A DNA stretch of 63,618 nt, the filler included, from an uncultured Methanosarcinales archaeon (GTDB lineage Archaea; Nanobdellota; Nanobdellia; Woesearchaeales; JACPBV01): NCBI GenBank assembly GCA_964492935.1. It is 7 parts of 7 records of this genome, joined end to end, with 100 filler letters (N's around TTAATTAATTAA, not from the genome) between each part and the next. Parts side by side here need not be neighbours in the genome. Positions count along the whole stretch, not along the records: positions 1 to 12,334 come from CAZBLF010000033.1; 6 more parts are not named here. One strand, given 5' to 3'. Below, in pieces: positions 1 through 8,714 of this stretch. The stretch's first letter is position 1. Every line of letters begins with the position of its first letter. A program made the position numbers and the translations under genes. The notes below the pieces were generated by a model that saw only the letters and a list, made by a program, of their open reading frames with translations, did no database searches and had not been told where the DNA came from.

Positions 1-183
1 AGCTAGGAAGTCTTTAATTTTGATTAACGGGATGAAGTAGCCGATGTGGATCTTACCGGTGCATGCCATGCCGATGAATGCTACGGGTTGTTTTTTCTCT
101 TTGAGTAGTTTTTCTAGGGATTCCTCTGGTACAATCTCTTCGATGTTTCGTTTAAGGATGGCTAGTTTGTCTTTTATGTCCAT
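1..183 (-). CDS. tyrS: Tyrosyl-tRNA synthetase, N-terminal fragment (runs off the window start; not in the ORF track)
   Basis: Manual translation: MDIKDKLAILKRNIEEIVPEESLEKLLKEKKQPVAFIGMACTGKIHIGYFIPLIKIKDFLA. Archaeal TyrRS-type N-terminus with a HIGH-like motif (TGKIHIGY). Confidence 0.85.
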   Translation of the reverse strand, partial: MDIKDKLAILKRNIEEIVPEESLEKLLKEKKQPVAFIGMACTGKIHIGYFIPLIKIKDFLA

Positions 184-276
184 AGTGGTAGAGGCTGATG
201 GCGGTTATTTAAATTATTGGGTTTGTGATTTGGATTCATCGTGAATTTTATAAGTCGGGGCGGATTCGCTGATGTT

Positions 277-1137
277 ATGCTTCGCGTTACCGATCTTTCT
301 TCTTACCAGTACTGTGCTCGTAAATTGTATTTGGAGCGTGTTTTAGGGTTAAGGGAGCCGTATAAGCCTGCTTTAGCCAAGGGTTCTGTTCGGCATGAGA
401 CATACGAGGCGGTGGTGTTGCAGGAGGAGCTTATTGTTTCTCAGATTTCTGAGGGATTTACGCTGGCAGATGTTCAGTCGCTGTATCGGAAGGCGTGCAG
501 GGATTGTTTGCAGAAAAAGGTTGAAAGCTACAAGAGTAGGCTTGCGAAATTTGGCGTGGATGGTGAGGAGCTGTTCGTGAAGACGCTTCCTTTAGTTATT
601 GTAGAATTTGATGAACGTGCTGCGGTCGTTTATGGTTTTATGGAGCGACATGAAGTATATGGCAAGGAGTTGTGGAAGAGACTCACTCCAAAAATTCAGA
701 CCGAGATTAGGGTGGAGTCCACTTCATTGGGGATTCGAGGTATTGTGGATCAGATTGAGGTGTACGAACAGGGATATGTTCCGGTGGAATTGAAAACGGG
801 TAAGATGCCGAAGGAGGGTGTGTGGCCGGGACATGAGATTCAGATTGCTACGTATGCATTGTTGTTGCAGGAGAAGTTTCAGACAACGATTAAGGAAGGA
901 TTTGTAAAATATCTGGATACCAACGAACGAAGACACCTTGCTTTTAATCCGTTCACGCATGACGAGGTGCGAGCGTTGATTACTACAGTTACTTCGCTTC
1001 TCGATAGCTGGGAGGTTCCTGATTTTGTTGAAAATCGTAATAAATGTAGTGGTTGTGGACTGAAACAAGAGTGTTATAATCCACTCAAAATTCAGGCTCT
1101 ACTGACGGAAAAGCGCCCTAGTACCACTCAAGAATAA
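277..1137 (+). CDS. cas4: Solo Cas4-like PD-(D/E)XK nuclease with Fe-S cluster cysteines
   Basis: N-terminal YQYCARKLYL, RecB-like GIVD..ELKTG, QIATYALL and C-terminal KCSGCGLKQEC. Likely ATG at 277, after a TTTTATAA box. Confidence 0.85.
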   Translation: MLRVTDLSSYQYCARKLYLERVLGLREPYKPALAKGSVRHETYEAVVLQEELIVSQISEGFTLADVQSLYRKACRDCLQKKVESYKSRLAKFGVDGEELFVKTLPLVIVEFDERAAVVYGFMERHEVYGKELWKRLTPKIQTEIRVESTSLGIRGIVDQIEVYEQGYVPVELKTGKMPKEGVWPGHEIQIATYALLLQEKFQTTIKEGFVKYLDTNERRHLAFNPFTHDEVRALITTVTSLLDSWEVPDFVENRNKCSGCGLKQECYNPLKIQALLTEKRPSTTQE

Positions 1138-1212
1138 AAAACAAAACCTTTATATATTACTGCAGGTACCATTACTATACCATTATACGAATTTGTATCT
1201 GGGGGAATTTAC

Positions 1213-1476
1213 ATGGCAGACGATCATAAGACTTTTTCAAAGGATTTAATTGGCAAGACCGTTGTTTCAAAAACGGGAAAGCGTTTCGGTGAGGTAGGAG
1301 ATCTTATTTTCGAAAGTCGGTCTGGAGAACTTATTCACATCATCATTAAGAGTCCCACTTCTTACACTCAGAAATTAGAGCTTGAAAAGGATAAGGAAGG
1401 TAACATTTTGATTCCTTTTTCAGCTGTCATTGCGATGGGCGACTTCTTGGTTATTGCTGAAGAAGATATTATCTAA
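1213..1476 (+). CDS. Single PRC-barrel domain protein (CdpB-like candidate cell-division factor)
   Basis: 87 aa with the PRC-barrel pattern LIGKTVVSKTGKRFGEVGDLIFE...IPFSAVIAMGDFLVI. Confidence 0.85.
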   Translation: MADDHKTFSKDLIGKTVVSKTGKRFGEVGDLIFESRSGELIHIIIKSPTSYTQKLELEKDKEGNILIPFSAVIAMGDFLVIAEEDII

Positions 1477-1508
1477 ATTGATATAAACAGAGACGAATTC
1501 CTTTTCTT

Positions 1509-2465
1509 ATGGATCATGCTATCTGGACTGAAAAATATAGGCCGCACACGTTTGCCGAGGTAAGGGGCCAGAAAGGTATTGTTGAACGTGTAAGGGCATT
1601 CGTTGATCAGAGGAATATGCCTCATTTGATGTTTGCGGGTCCGCCAGGTGTTGGGAAATCTACATTGGCATTGGTTGTTGCTCGGCAGTTGTTTGGTGAT
1701 ACGTGGCAGCAGAATTTTATCGAGTTGAATGCTTCGGATGAGCGAGGTATTGATGTTATTCGGGTTAAGGTGAAGGATTTTGCTCGTACCCGTGCATTGG
1801 GCGATGTTCCCTTTAAGATTATTTTCTTGGATGAGTGTGATGCTCTAACGCGAGAGGCGCAGCAGGCTCTTAGGCGTACTATGGAGCAATATACTACGAC
1901 TACTCGTTTTATTTTATCTTGTAATTATTCTTCTAAAATCATCGATCCGGTGCAGAGTAGATGTGCTGTGTTTCGGTTTAAGCCGTTATCTGCATCAGAA
2001 CTGAAGGATGTTGTTGATAGAATTGTAAAGGATGAAGGTGTAACGATCACTCCTGGCGCGCAGGACTCGCTCATAGACATCGCTGAAGGTGATTGTAGGC
2101 GTGTTTCTACGTTGTTACAGGGTTGTGCTGCGTTGTCTTCGAAGATAGATGAGAAGATGGTGCATTCGTTTGCAGCGGTCGCTAATCCTACTGAGGTTGC
2201 GGATGTGTTGAAGCTGGCTCTCGCTAATAATTTTATTGATGCTCGCAAGAAGCTGTTGGATGTGATGCTTGCTTATGGGTTAAGTGGTATCGATATGATT
2301 AAACAGATGCAGAAGCAGGTTCTGGATTTGGAGATGGATAATCGTGCTAAGATGCAGTTGTATGCTGATTGTGGCGAGATAGAATTTAGGTTGACTGAAG
2401 GCAGTGACGAGTATGTTCAGTTAGAAAGTCTTTTGGCTCGTTTTTGTTTGGCTGGTGAGAAGTAG
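1509..2465 (+). CDS. rfcS: Replication factor C small subunit
   Basis: WTEKYRP, GPPGVGKS, ELNASDERGIDVIR, LDECD, QSRC motifs. Confidence 0.97.
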   Translation: MDHAIWTEKYRPHTFAEVRGQKGIVERVRAFVDQRNMPHLMFAGPPGVGKSTLALVVARQLFGDTWQQNFIELNASDERGIDVIRVKVKDFARTRALGDVPFKIIFLDECDALTREAQQALRRTMEQYTTTTRFILSCNYSSKIIDPVQSRCAVFRFKPLSASELKDVVDRIVKDEGVTITPGAQDSLIDIAEGDCRRVSTLLQGCAALSSKIDEKMVHSFAAVANPTEVADVLKLALANNFIDARKKLLDVMLAYGLSGIDMIKQMQKQVLDLEMDNRAKMQLYADCGEIEFRLTEGSDEYVQLESLLARFCLAGEK

Positions 2466-2470
2466 ATTGC

Positions 2471-3499
2471 TCACACTAGGATATCTTCTGGAATTCCTGC
2501 CCCTGCCCCTGCAGCAATACTAACTCCTTCTTCGATATTAATTTTCTTTTCTATTATGTGGGTGTAGCCATATCTTAACACTACTGTTACGGGCGTTTCG
2601 ATAGCTTGATGGTTGGGATTGATTTCCGTTTTCAGAAATTCACAAAAACTAACACCTTTTCCATCGATCATTTTAATGATCACTGGCCTACATACTTTGG
2701 CTTCTGCTGCACCAACTCTAAACTCTGCGAGAAAAACATTATTTAGCTCACTGAGTCTATATCCATCTTTAAATGGATTAGTCTCCAATGCGATAGAAGG
2801 GTCCACAATCTTACCTGATCCTTTGTTCTCTAAGAAAATTCGATACAAAACCTTTCCATCATTTCCACCTACTACATCTTGTTCGATGCTTGTAACTGCG
2901 ATGGGTGCCCCCTGATCGCTTAACGATATTGATTCGGTAAATTTGCAAGGCTTTTCCAACTGTCGTGTGCTCTGCGGATTTGGATCATAACAAATCGGGA
3001 CGGATGCAGTGGTTGCATACGTAAATCCAGTTGCGAATTTTATCGTAGGAGAGTATCTGGAAACTCCATCTGGTACGTTTATTGGATCTATTTCCAGGAT
3101 GAATGGTTTATAGCCCCCCTCGGAATTGTACACACTCCTGCCTTCTAATACTAAATCTGTTGCGCCATCTATCTCCAACATGTCGATCGATATTTCGCTG
3201 CTCTTGTGTTTAATAGTAAGTAGGTTTTGGTCGTAGCCTCCTGCCCAAACAGAGGCTCTCAATCGGCCTATTTCGCTGCTTTGAGGAAATGCGCCTCTAT
3301 TGTGGATTTCAAGGATCATTTCTTCTGCACCTGATCCTTCAATGAATTTAGTAGGTGTTGTAGCAGGTAGATTCAATTCTAGGCCCTGTGCTCCTGTCCT
3401 AAAGGAGGTATCATCGCTATTTGAGGAAGGAGTACTGCTACCGCAGCCCGCTACCAGGAGAAGAGTTACTATTAATGCTACTGAATGGGTGGCCTTCAT
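2471..3499 (-). CDS. Uncharacterised lipoprotein, paralog 4 of the surface cluster
   Basis: Lipobox LVAGC. Motifs FRTGAQGL, NRGAFPQ, CYDPNP..EKPC, SDQGAPIAVT, NKGSG and YGY are shared with neighbours. Confidence 0.8.
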   Translation of the reverse strand: MKATHSVALIVTLLLVAGCGSSTPSSNSDDTSFRTGAQGLELNLPATTPTKFIEGSGAEEMILEIHNRGAFPQSSEIGRLRASVWAGGYDQNLLTIKHKSSEISIDMLEIDGATDLVLEGRSVYNSEGGYKPFILEIDPINVPDGVSRYSPTIKFATGFTYATTASVPICYDPNPQSTRQLEKPCKFTESISLSDQGAPIAVTSIEQDVVGGNDGKVLYRIFLENKGSGKIVDPSIALETNPFKDGYRLSELNNVFLAEFRVGAAEAKVCRPVIIKMIDGKGVSFCEFLKTEINPNHQAIETPVTVVLRYGYTHIIEKKINIEEGVSIAAGAGAGIPEDILV

Positions 3500-3537
3500 T
3501 GTTTTTTGTGTATATTAAAAATAAAAAAGAACGCCAG

Positions 3538-4506
3538 TTAGGGCGTTGTGTGTTTCACCAAGATGCGCTGAGACTTGTGTTCTTTGTACTCGAACTCACC
3601 TTTAATAGTTACTTTCTTTTCGAAGTCGATGTTGTTTGCTACTGCATCTGATACATCTTGTGAACAGCGGATGAATCTTTTTCCACCGAATAAAGTGGTG
3701 AATCCAGCTTGGTAGCCATCAGCTTCTGTGTCTGCAGGTCCATCGGTGATTCCGGAACATTTTAGTCCAGCAAGTCCGGAGGAGATGTTCAGGAAGACTT
3801 TGTCTTCGTTCGACTGAATGTCTGCTTCATCACAGCTTGTTCCTAATTTGGAGACTGAACCGGTACCTCGATGTACTACATCAAAGTTAAAGTTAATGCG
3901 GTCGGTTCCACCAATGTTCTCTACAAAGTTTTCGATCTGCAAGGGAGAGGCTGAGCTTTCCACTCTTTTATTCTCGTCAACTTCGCAGACTTTTTCTTCG
4001 TCGTCAGTTTCTGTTACATCGGATATGACACAGATATCTGTCTGAGCGGTAAATCCATATTTGTAGCAGAGTTCTGCTCGAATGGTGAATTCGTTGTTTG
4101 CTGGTAGCGCTGCTCCGAAGTTAAATCCTTCAAAGGTCAGGAAGGTGATTCCTCCAGGCACTTGGTTACCATCTGAGTCGATAAATGTTTTCTCAAGATC
4201 GTCTTCTGTGTTTCTCGAATTCACGGGACTTCCGAAGTCTGCGGGGAAAAATCCTTGTAACGTCACATTTAGATTTTCCTTGGGCACATCGTATTCTCCT
4301 TCATTTTCGATATTTAGAGTCACTTCGAATGGGAAATTTCCCTGATCAAAGACCTCTTCGGGTGGTGCGCCTTCGACGAAGTCGAATGTCAACGCATCGG
4401 TCCCCCCTACGAATGATTTTGGGCTACTTATTGTTTCTCCGCCATCGCTACATGCTACTGCTAGCATTGAAAGTGCGACAAGGAGTGCTACTGTTTTTTG
4501 GTTCAT
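3538..4506 (-). CDS. Uncharacterised lipoprotein, paralog 3 of the surface cluster
   Basis: Lipobox LAVAC. Motifs FVGGTDALTFDF..PPEEV, LCYKY..TDICV..EKVC, SSASPLQI, HRGTG. Confidence 0.8.
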   Translation of the reverse strand: MNQKTVALLVALSMLAVACSDGGETISSPKSFVGGTDALTFDFVEGAPPEEVFDQGNFPFEVTLNIENEGEYDVPKENLNVTLQGFFPADFGSPVNSRNTEDDLEKTFIDSDGNQVPGGITFLTFEGFNFGAALPANNEFTIRAELCYKYGFTAQTDICVISDVTETDDEEKVCEVDENKRVESSASPLQIENFVENIGGTDRINFNFDVVHRGTGSVSKLGTSCDEADIQSNEDKVFLNISSGLAGLKCSGITDGPADTEADGYQAGFTTLFGGKRFIRCSQDVSDAVANNIDFEKKVTIKGEFEYKEHKSQRILVKHTTP

Positions 4507-5534
4507 GGTTCCACCTCTTCTTTGGGACTACTAAATTCTATTTCTGGTAGAAACTCGATTTGAGCTTCTACACTCTCAAAATAACTGTACTCTAAATTAA
4601 TTTCTAATGGAGCTTCAAATGTTCGCTGGATGTTGCTGCCTTTAGAAATTCTACAGAAAATGGTTGCTTCTTCGTCGATAAGTCTGAGCTTGTTATCTAC
4701 TGCTGGACGGCATTCGGACATGATTAATGTTCCTAATCGTACTTCCCCGACTCTAATCTTGTCGAGGTCGCTTTGTGAGAATCCTTCACTAAAGGGATCG
4801 AAATCTAAACCGAAATCTACAAAGTCGGGATCGATGACTCGTCCTATTCCTACATTTCTTACAAAAATCTTGTAGATGATGTCATCTTTAGTTACTGATT
4901 GTTCAACTCTTGTTACTGCAACGGGAGCTCCCTGTGTTGATAGGCCGAGAGATTCGGTAAAGTCACAGGTTTTTTCTCGAGCATTCGTGGTACGAGGGTT
5001 AGGATCTACGCAGAGGGATGGGCTCGCTATGGTTTTGTATTGGTAGAGCATGCTTGCTTTGATGTGTGGTCTGTATGAAGATACGCCTTCAGATAGTCGA
5101 CCTCCGTCAAGTGATTCAATTCTGAGATCTATTGCTTTGAAGCCGCCTTGAGCGTCATAGGGGCTTTTGCCTTCTAATTCACGATCTTGATCTCCACCAA
5201 ATCGGATAGGGTCGCTTAATACATCAAACGAGTCATCATTTGATATCCTTACGAGATTAGGGTCGTAGCCGCCGAAATAGATGAATCCTTTGCTTTCGGT
5301 TCTTTCATCTGCCTGTGGAAATGCGCCTCGATTACGAAGTTCTAGGATAATATCGACTTCTTCACCCTCTACGAGCGTATCGGGAAGGTTTTCTTGGAAT
5401 CTGAGTTCATATCCGAGACTGCCCGTACGGAAATTTATCGCATCGGGGTCCTGATCCGCTACATTTTGGCCGCTACAGGCGGATAGAATGAATAGGGTAA
5501 GCAGTAAAAAAGCGATGTTTCTTGTTTTTATCAT
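4503..5534 (-). CDS. Uncharacterised lipoprotein, paralog 2 of the surface cluster
   Basis: Lipobox LSAC. Motifs FRTGSLGY, NRGAFPQ, YQYKT..CVDPNP..EKTC, STQGAPVAVT, NVGIG. Confidence 0.8.
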   Translation of the reverse strand: MIKTRNIAFLLLTLFILSACSGQNVADQDPDAINFRTGSLGYELRFQENLPDTLVEGEEVDIILELRNRGAFPQADERTESKGFIYFGGYDPNLVRISNDDSFDVLSDPIRFGGDQDRELEGKSPYDAQGGFKAIDLRIESLDGGRLSEGVSSYRPHIKASMLYQYKTIASPSLCVDPNPRTTNAREKTCDFTESLGLSTQGAPVAVTRVEQSVTKDDIIYKIFVRNVGIGRVIDPDFVDFGLDFDPFSEGFSQSDLDKIRVGEVRLGTLIMSECRPAVDNKLRLIDEEATIFCRISKGSNIQRTFEAPLEINLEYSYFESVEAQIEFLPEIEFSSPKEEVEP

Positions 5535-5622
5535 GGTATCTCTGTATTTCTCATTTCTGTGTTTTGTATTTTATAAACTTTTCGATACGGGAACTGAGTT
5601 ACTGTCGGGAAGGAGATTCTTA

Positions 5623-6759
5623 CTAGGGAAGTCTTCTTACTCTCTTAATATTGATTTCTTCTGTTTGGGTGTCGAAGTATCCGTATTCCACCTCTATCAG
5701 TAAGGGGGTTTCATAGGTGCCTATCTCTTGGGATATTTCCTCTGCCTCACAAATAATTATCGTTTGTTGGGAGTCTCTATCCAGATGTGCCTCTATTTCG
5801 GTTTTTTGACTCCCTCTAGCACCGCATTTGAGGGGGTTCGATCTGTCTCCTCCAAGAAATGCCCTAAACGTAATGTTATTGAGGTCTTCGGTCTTTCTTA
5901 ATGTGTTAAAGGAGCATGCCCTATGAAGAGATGCAGGGGCCACCACTTTTCCAGAACCTACATTTCTTACTGTGAATTCGAAACGAGGCACCGTTTTATG
6001 CACTTGTACCGGAAGCATATCGGTTTTCATGTGCGTTACTGCGACAGGCGCTCCCTGGGTAGAAAAATCTTGGTCAAGAATGACCTCGCAGGTTTTTTCT
6101 TTCTCTTGCAAATTAAATAAGTCGGGATCGACGCAGACATCGGTGGCTATTTGTGTTTTGTATGGGTAACAAAGTCCAGCTGTAATTTGTGTCTTTACTC
6201 CTGGAATCTCTGGGTTGAGCACATTAATCCCACGAGCCTGTGCTTCGAAAATAAGCAAGCGCTCCTCTCCCTTGGTGACCGATGTTGTCCCTGCAGGCCC
6301 AGGAAGCGTATTTCTTCCTAAGAGATACATTGCAAATGCAGGATTTCCTGCTTTATCTGGTTTGTCTCCTTCCTTGGTGATGTATCGAATGGTGTCCGCC
6401 AGGTCATCATTTTGTGCCTCTGCATTTATTTCTTTCATTTTAGCATCCCAGGGAATACCAATCACTTGGTTGTCCCACGAAAGTGCAAAGAGCGCTTTTC
6501 CTTCTCGAATACACCGGTTGGGATTGGTTCCGGAGTTTACTGGTAGTAGGTCACATGCCCCTAGGTTCTGGATTTTGAAAGCTAGGGGGAGTGATTGTAA
6601 TTCCCACACTTCGCTAGCAGGAGTATTTCTGTAGAATTCAAATACTACTCCTTCGCTCCCTTCTATTGTGGTTTTTTTTGGAGCTATTTCCTTTGCTTTA
6701 TCACATCCTGCCACTAGGAGTAGTAGGAGCAGTATTAGGGCTATTCTTTTGGTTGTCAT
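5623..6759 (-). CDS. Uncharacterised lipoprotein, paralog 1 of the surface cluster
   Basis: Lipobox LVAGC. Motifs GSEGVVFEF, LCYPYKT..CVDPD..EKTC, STQGAPVAVT, NVGSG, YGY. Confidence 0.8.
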   Translation of the reverse strand: MTTKRIALILLLLLLVAGCDKAKEIAPKKTTIEGSEGVVFEFYRNTPASEVWELQSLPLAFKIQNLGACDLLPVNSGTNPNRCIREGKALFALSWDNQVIGIPWDAKMKEINAEAQNDDLADTIRYITKEGDKPDKAGNPAFAMYLLGRNTLPGPAGTTSVTKGEERLLIFEAQARGINVLNPEIPGVKTQITAGLCYPYKTQIATDVCVDPDLFNLQEKEKTCEVILDQDFSTQGAPVAVTHMKTDMLPVQVHKTVPRFEFTVRNVGSGKVVAPASLHRACSFNTLRKTEDLNNITFRAFLGGDRSNPLKCGARGSQKTEIEAHLDRDSQQTIIICEAEEISQEIGTYETPLLIEVEYGYFDTQTEEINIKRVRRLP

Positions 6760-8690
6760 GTCGTTGTTTCTTTATCGACCTTCTCGGTTTCTGCTAATTC
6801 TTCTTTTGGTACGGATGCGTCTATTTTTACATAGGTGAGGATTTGTTTTTCAACTCGGAAATCATATCTTACGTCTGCTTCAATTTGACGAGTGACCGAT
6901 CTCCCCGTTCCTAGTTGTGCAGTGGCATCTTCAGCGGAAATAGAGATAGGACATCTCCAGGAGACGTGGTTGATAATGGGTGTTTTAATAGCATCTGTTC
7001 CTCTGTTTTTGTCCCCTTCAACGAGCTTATATATATTTCTGCCTAGCCCAAATTCTTCATTAGTAGTCCTAACAAAAAGGAATTCTCCCCCGCATAATTC
7101 TCCATTTCTTTCATCCATGATGAACCCACCTGGTAGAGTTATCTCTAGACTATGTATTTTTGATATTTCTCCCGGCCAGTACCGCTCGACCGTGAATCCC
7201 GCAAAGGTTTTTGTTTTCTCTCCCGGAACAAGATTGAGCGACACGGGATCTACATTGGTTCCAATTCCTAACTTTACGGGGCCGCTTGAAGGAATAGCGA
7301 CTGGTCTTCTTTCAGAAATTCCTGCTATTATCAGAGGATCTTTTCCCTCGGACCGACTAGCACGAATGAATTCCTCATCCATAAGGTGGGTGGTGAGCGT
7401 ACTGATCGTTTCGAAATTGAAGGCTGCACTCACTTTTACGGTACTACTTCCTGACTTAAGCCCATCTGATCCCCTTCCTGCGTCAAAACCACATTCGAAG
7501 TATATTTGTTCCTTTTCCTTGAGCACTTTTCCGACTTGTTCTACGCTTACTCCTCCATCACCCAACTTTCTAGCGATATTCGATGGACTAATTGTGCCAT
7601 GGGCTATGCCTCCTTTGTCGTTTATCCCACTACATTCCATCGACACTCGAACCTCCCTTTTGTTATCTCCTAGTTCTAATTTTCTTCCAAAAAGATCTCC
7701 CCAGAATAGGGGAGCTTGTTCTGCATTAAATTGAGGTCGTTGTGCCGCAAGGTTTTCAATATACACTCCGAGGCGATTGTTGGGATCTTCATTCGGAGGG
7801 TTTTTTGACCGATAGTATCCTCCGCTTGCCTCATCTATCCCTGCAGTTACTCCCCCTCTAATTGATCCTATGCTGGTAAAAAAGAGGGCTTTGACGTTAT
7901 CATATGCTGTACCTACTCCCTCCATCGCTTCAAGCCTCTGTTGAGCGGTATCGAACTGGACTGCATTTGTTGCTAGGATGGGAAAGATAATCGCGTTAGC
8001 GACCATAAAGAGATTAAACATGAGCAGAAGCCATAAGCCTGTCCCGGCCTTTTTCTCATAGTCGCTCATAAAGTAGAAACTTCCATAGAGCCAGAGGGGA
8101 ACTACAATTCTATTCGAAAAGAGTTGTAAGACCGGACTTAATTCGGCGAAATAGTCCAGTAATCCATATCCGATGAAGTCGAAGAGAAGATAATAGATGG
8201 CTATCTCTCGAGCTTGTCGAAAGTTCATTACTTTTTCTAGGACTAGGAAATTAAAGGCAAATGCCATGAGCATGTGGGCGAAGCCAGCGGCACTGTAGAA
8301 TCCGCCGGAAAAGCCTATAAATAATACTGCTAGGACCGCTGCACCTACACGGGGAAATGATTTAATAAATGGAATGTCTGGAGAGTATTTTCTGAAGACC
8401 GCCCAGACAATCATGATACTCCAGAATTGAATTCCCCACACCATTCGTATTAGGGGATTCGCTGCTATATCGCCACCACCAATAATTCCGAAGGTGATAT
8501 TTCTCAACAGTACTTCGATACGCAGGCCATTGAACCCCGTTACATAATCCAGGAGCATGAGCATCATTGCGAGGCCGACTGCACCCCACCCTAACATGCC
8601 TGGGCCGTTTCCTACGGGGCCAGCATCTACTTGTGTTGAAGTAGAGGTACGTGTTCGATTCGCGAGTCGATTAAAATTAAAGGTAGTCAT
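6756..8690 (-). CDS. Polytopic membrane protein with a large C-terminal beta-rich (probably extracellular) domain
   Basis: About 6-7 hydrophobic segments in the first ~240 aa. The C-terminal domain has paired Cys and SSGPVKLGI / VRYDF motifs that resemble the lipoprotein paralogs. Confidence 0.7.
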   Translation of the reverse strand: MTTFNFNRLANRTRTSTSTQVDAGPVGNGPGMLGWGAVGLAMMLMLLDYVTGFNGLRIEVLLRNITFGIIGGGDIAANPLIRMVWGIQFWSIMIVWAVFRKYSPDIPFIKSFPRVGAAVLAVLFIGFSGGFYSAAGFAHMLMAFAFNFLVLEKVMNFRQAREIAIYYLLFDFIGYGLLDYFAELSPVLQLFSNRIVVPLWLYGSFYFMSDYEKKAGTGLWLLLMFNLFMVANAIIFPILATNAVQFDTAQQRLEAMEGVGTAYDNVKALFFTSIGSIRGGVTAGIDEASGGYYRSKNPPNEDPNNRLGVYIENLAAQRPQFNAEQAPLFWGDLFGRKLELGDNKREVRVSMECSGINDKGGIAHGTISPSNIARKLGDGGVSVEQVGKVLKEKEQIYFECGFDAGRGSDGLKSGSSTVKVSAAFNFETISTLTTHLMDEEFIRASRSEGKDPLIIAGISERRPVAIPSSGPVKLGIGTNVDPVSLNLVPGEKTKTFAGFTVERYWPGEISKIHSLEITLPGGFIMDERNGELCGGEFLFVRTTNEEFGLGRNIYKLVEGDKNRGTDAIKTPIINHVSWRCPISISAEDATAQLGTGRSVTRQIEADVRYDFRVEKQILTYVKIDASVPKEELAETEKVDKETTT

Positions 8691-8714
8691 TACACGCCTC
8701 TTGTATTAAGAATA

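Noticed and set aside
241..1212. CRISPR-Cas locus around the cas4-like gene
   Set aside because: No repeat-spacer array and no cas1, cas2 or effector genes were seen in the window.
6892..7734. 280-aa + strand ORF and similar antisense ORFs (e.g. 40075-40695, 28082-28639, 22406-22837)
   Set aside because: Ser/Pro-rich shadow frames opposite well-supported genes, with no recognisable motifs.
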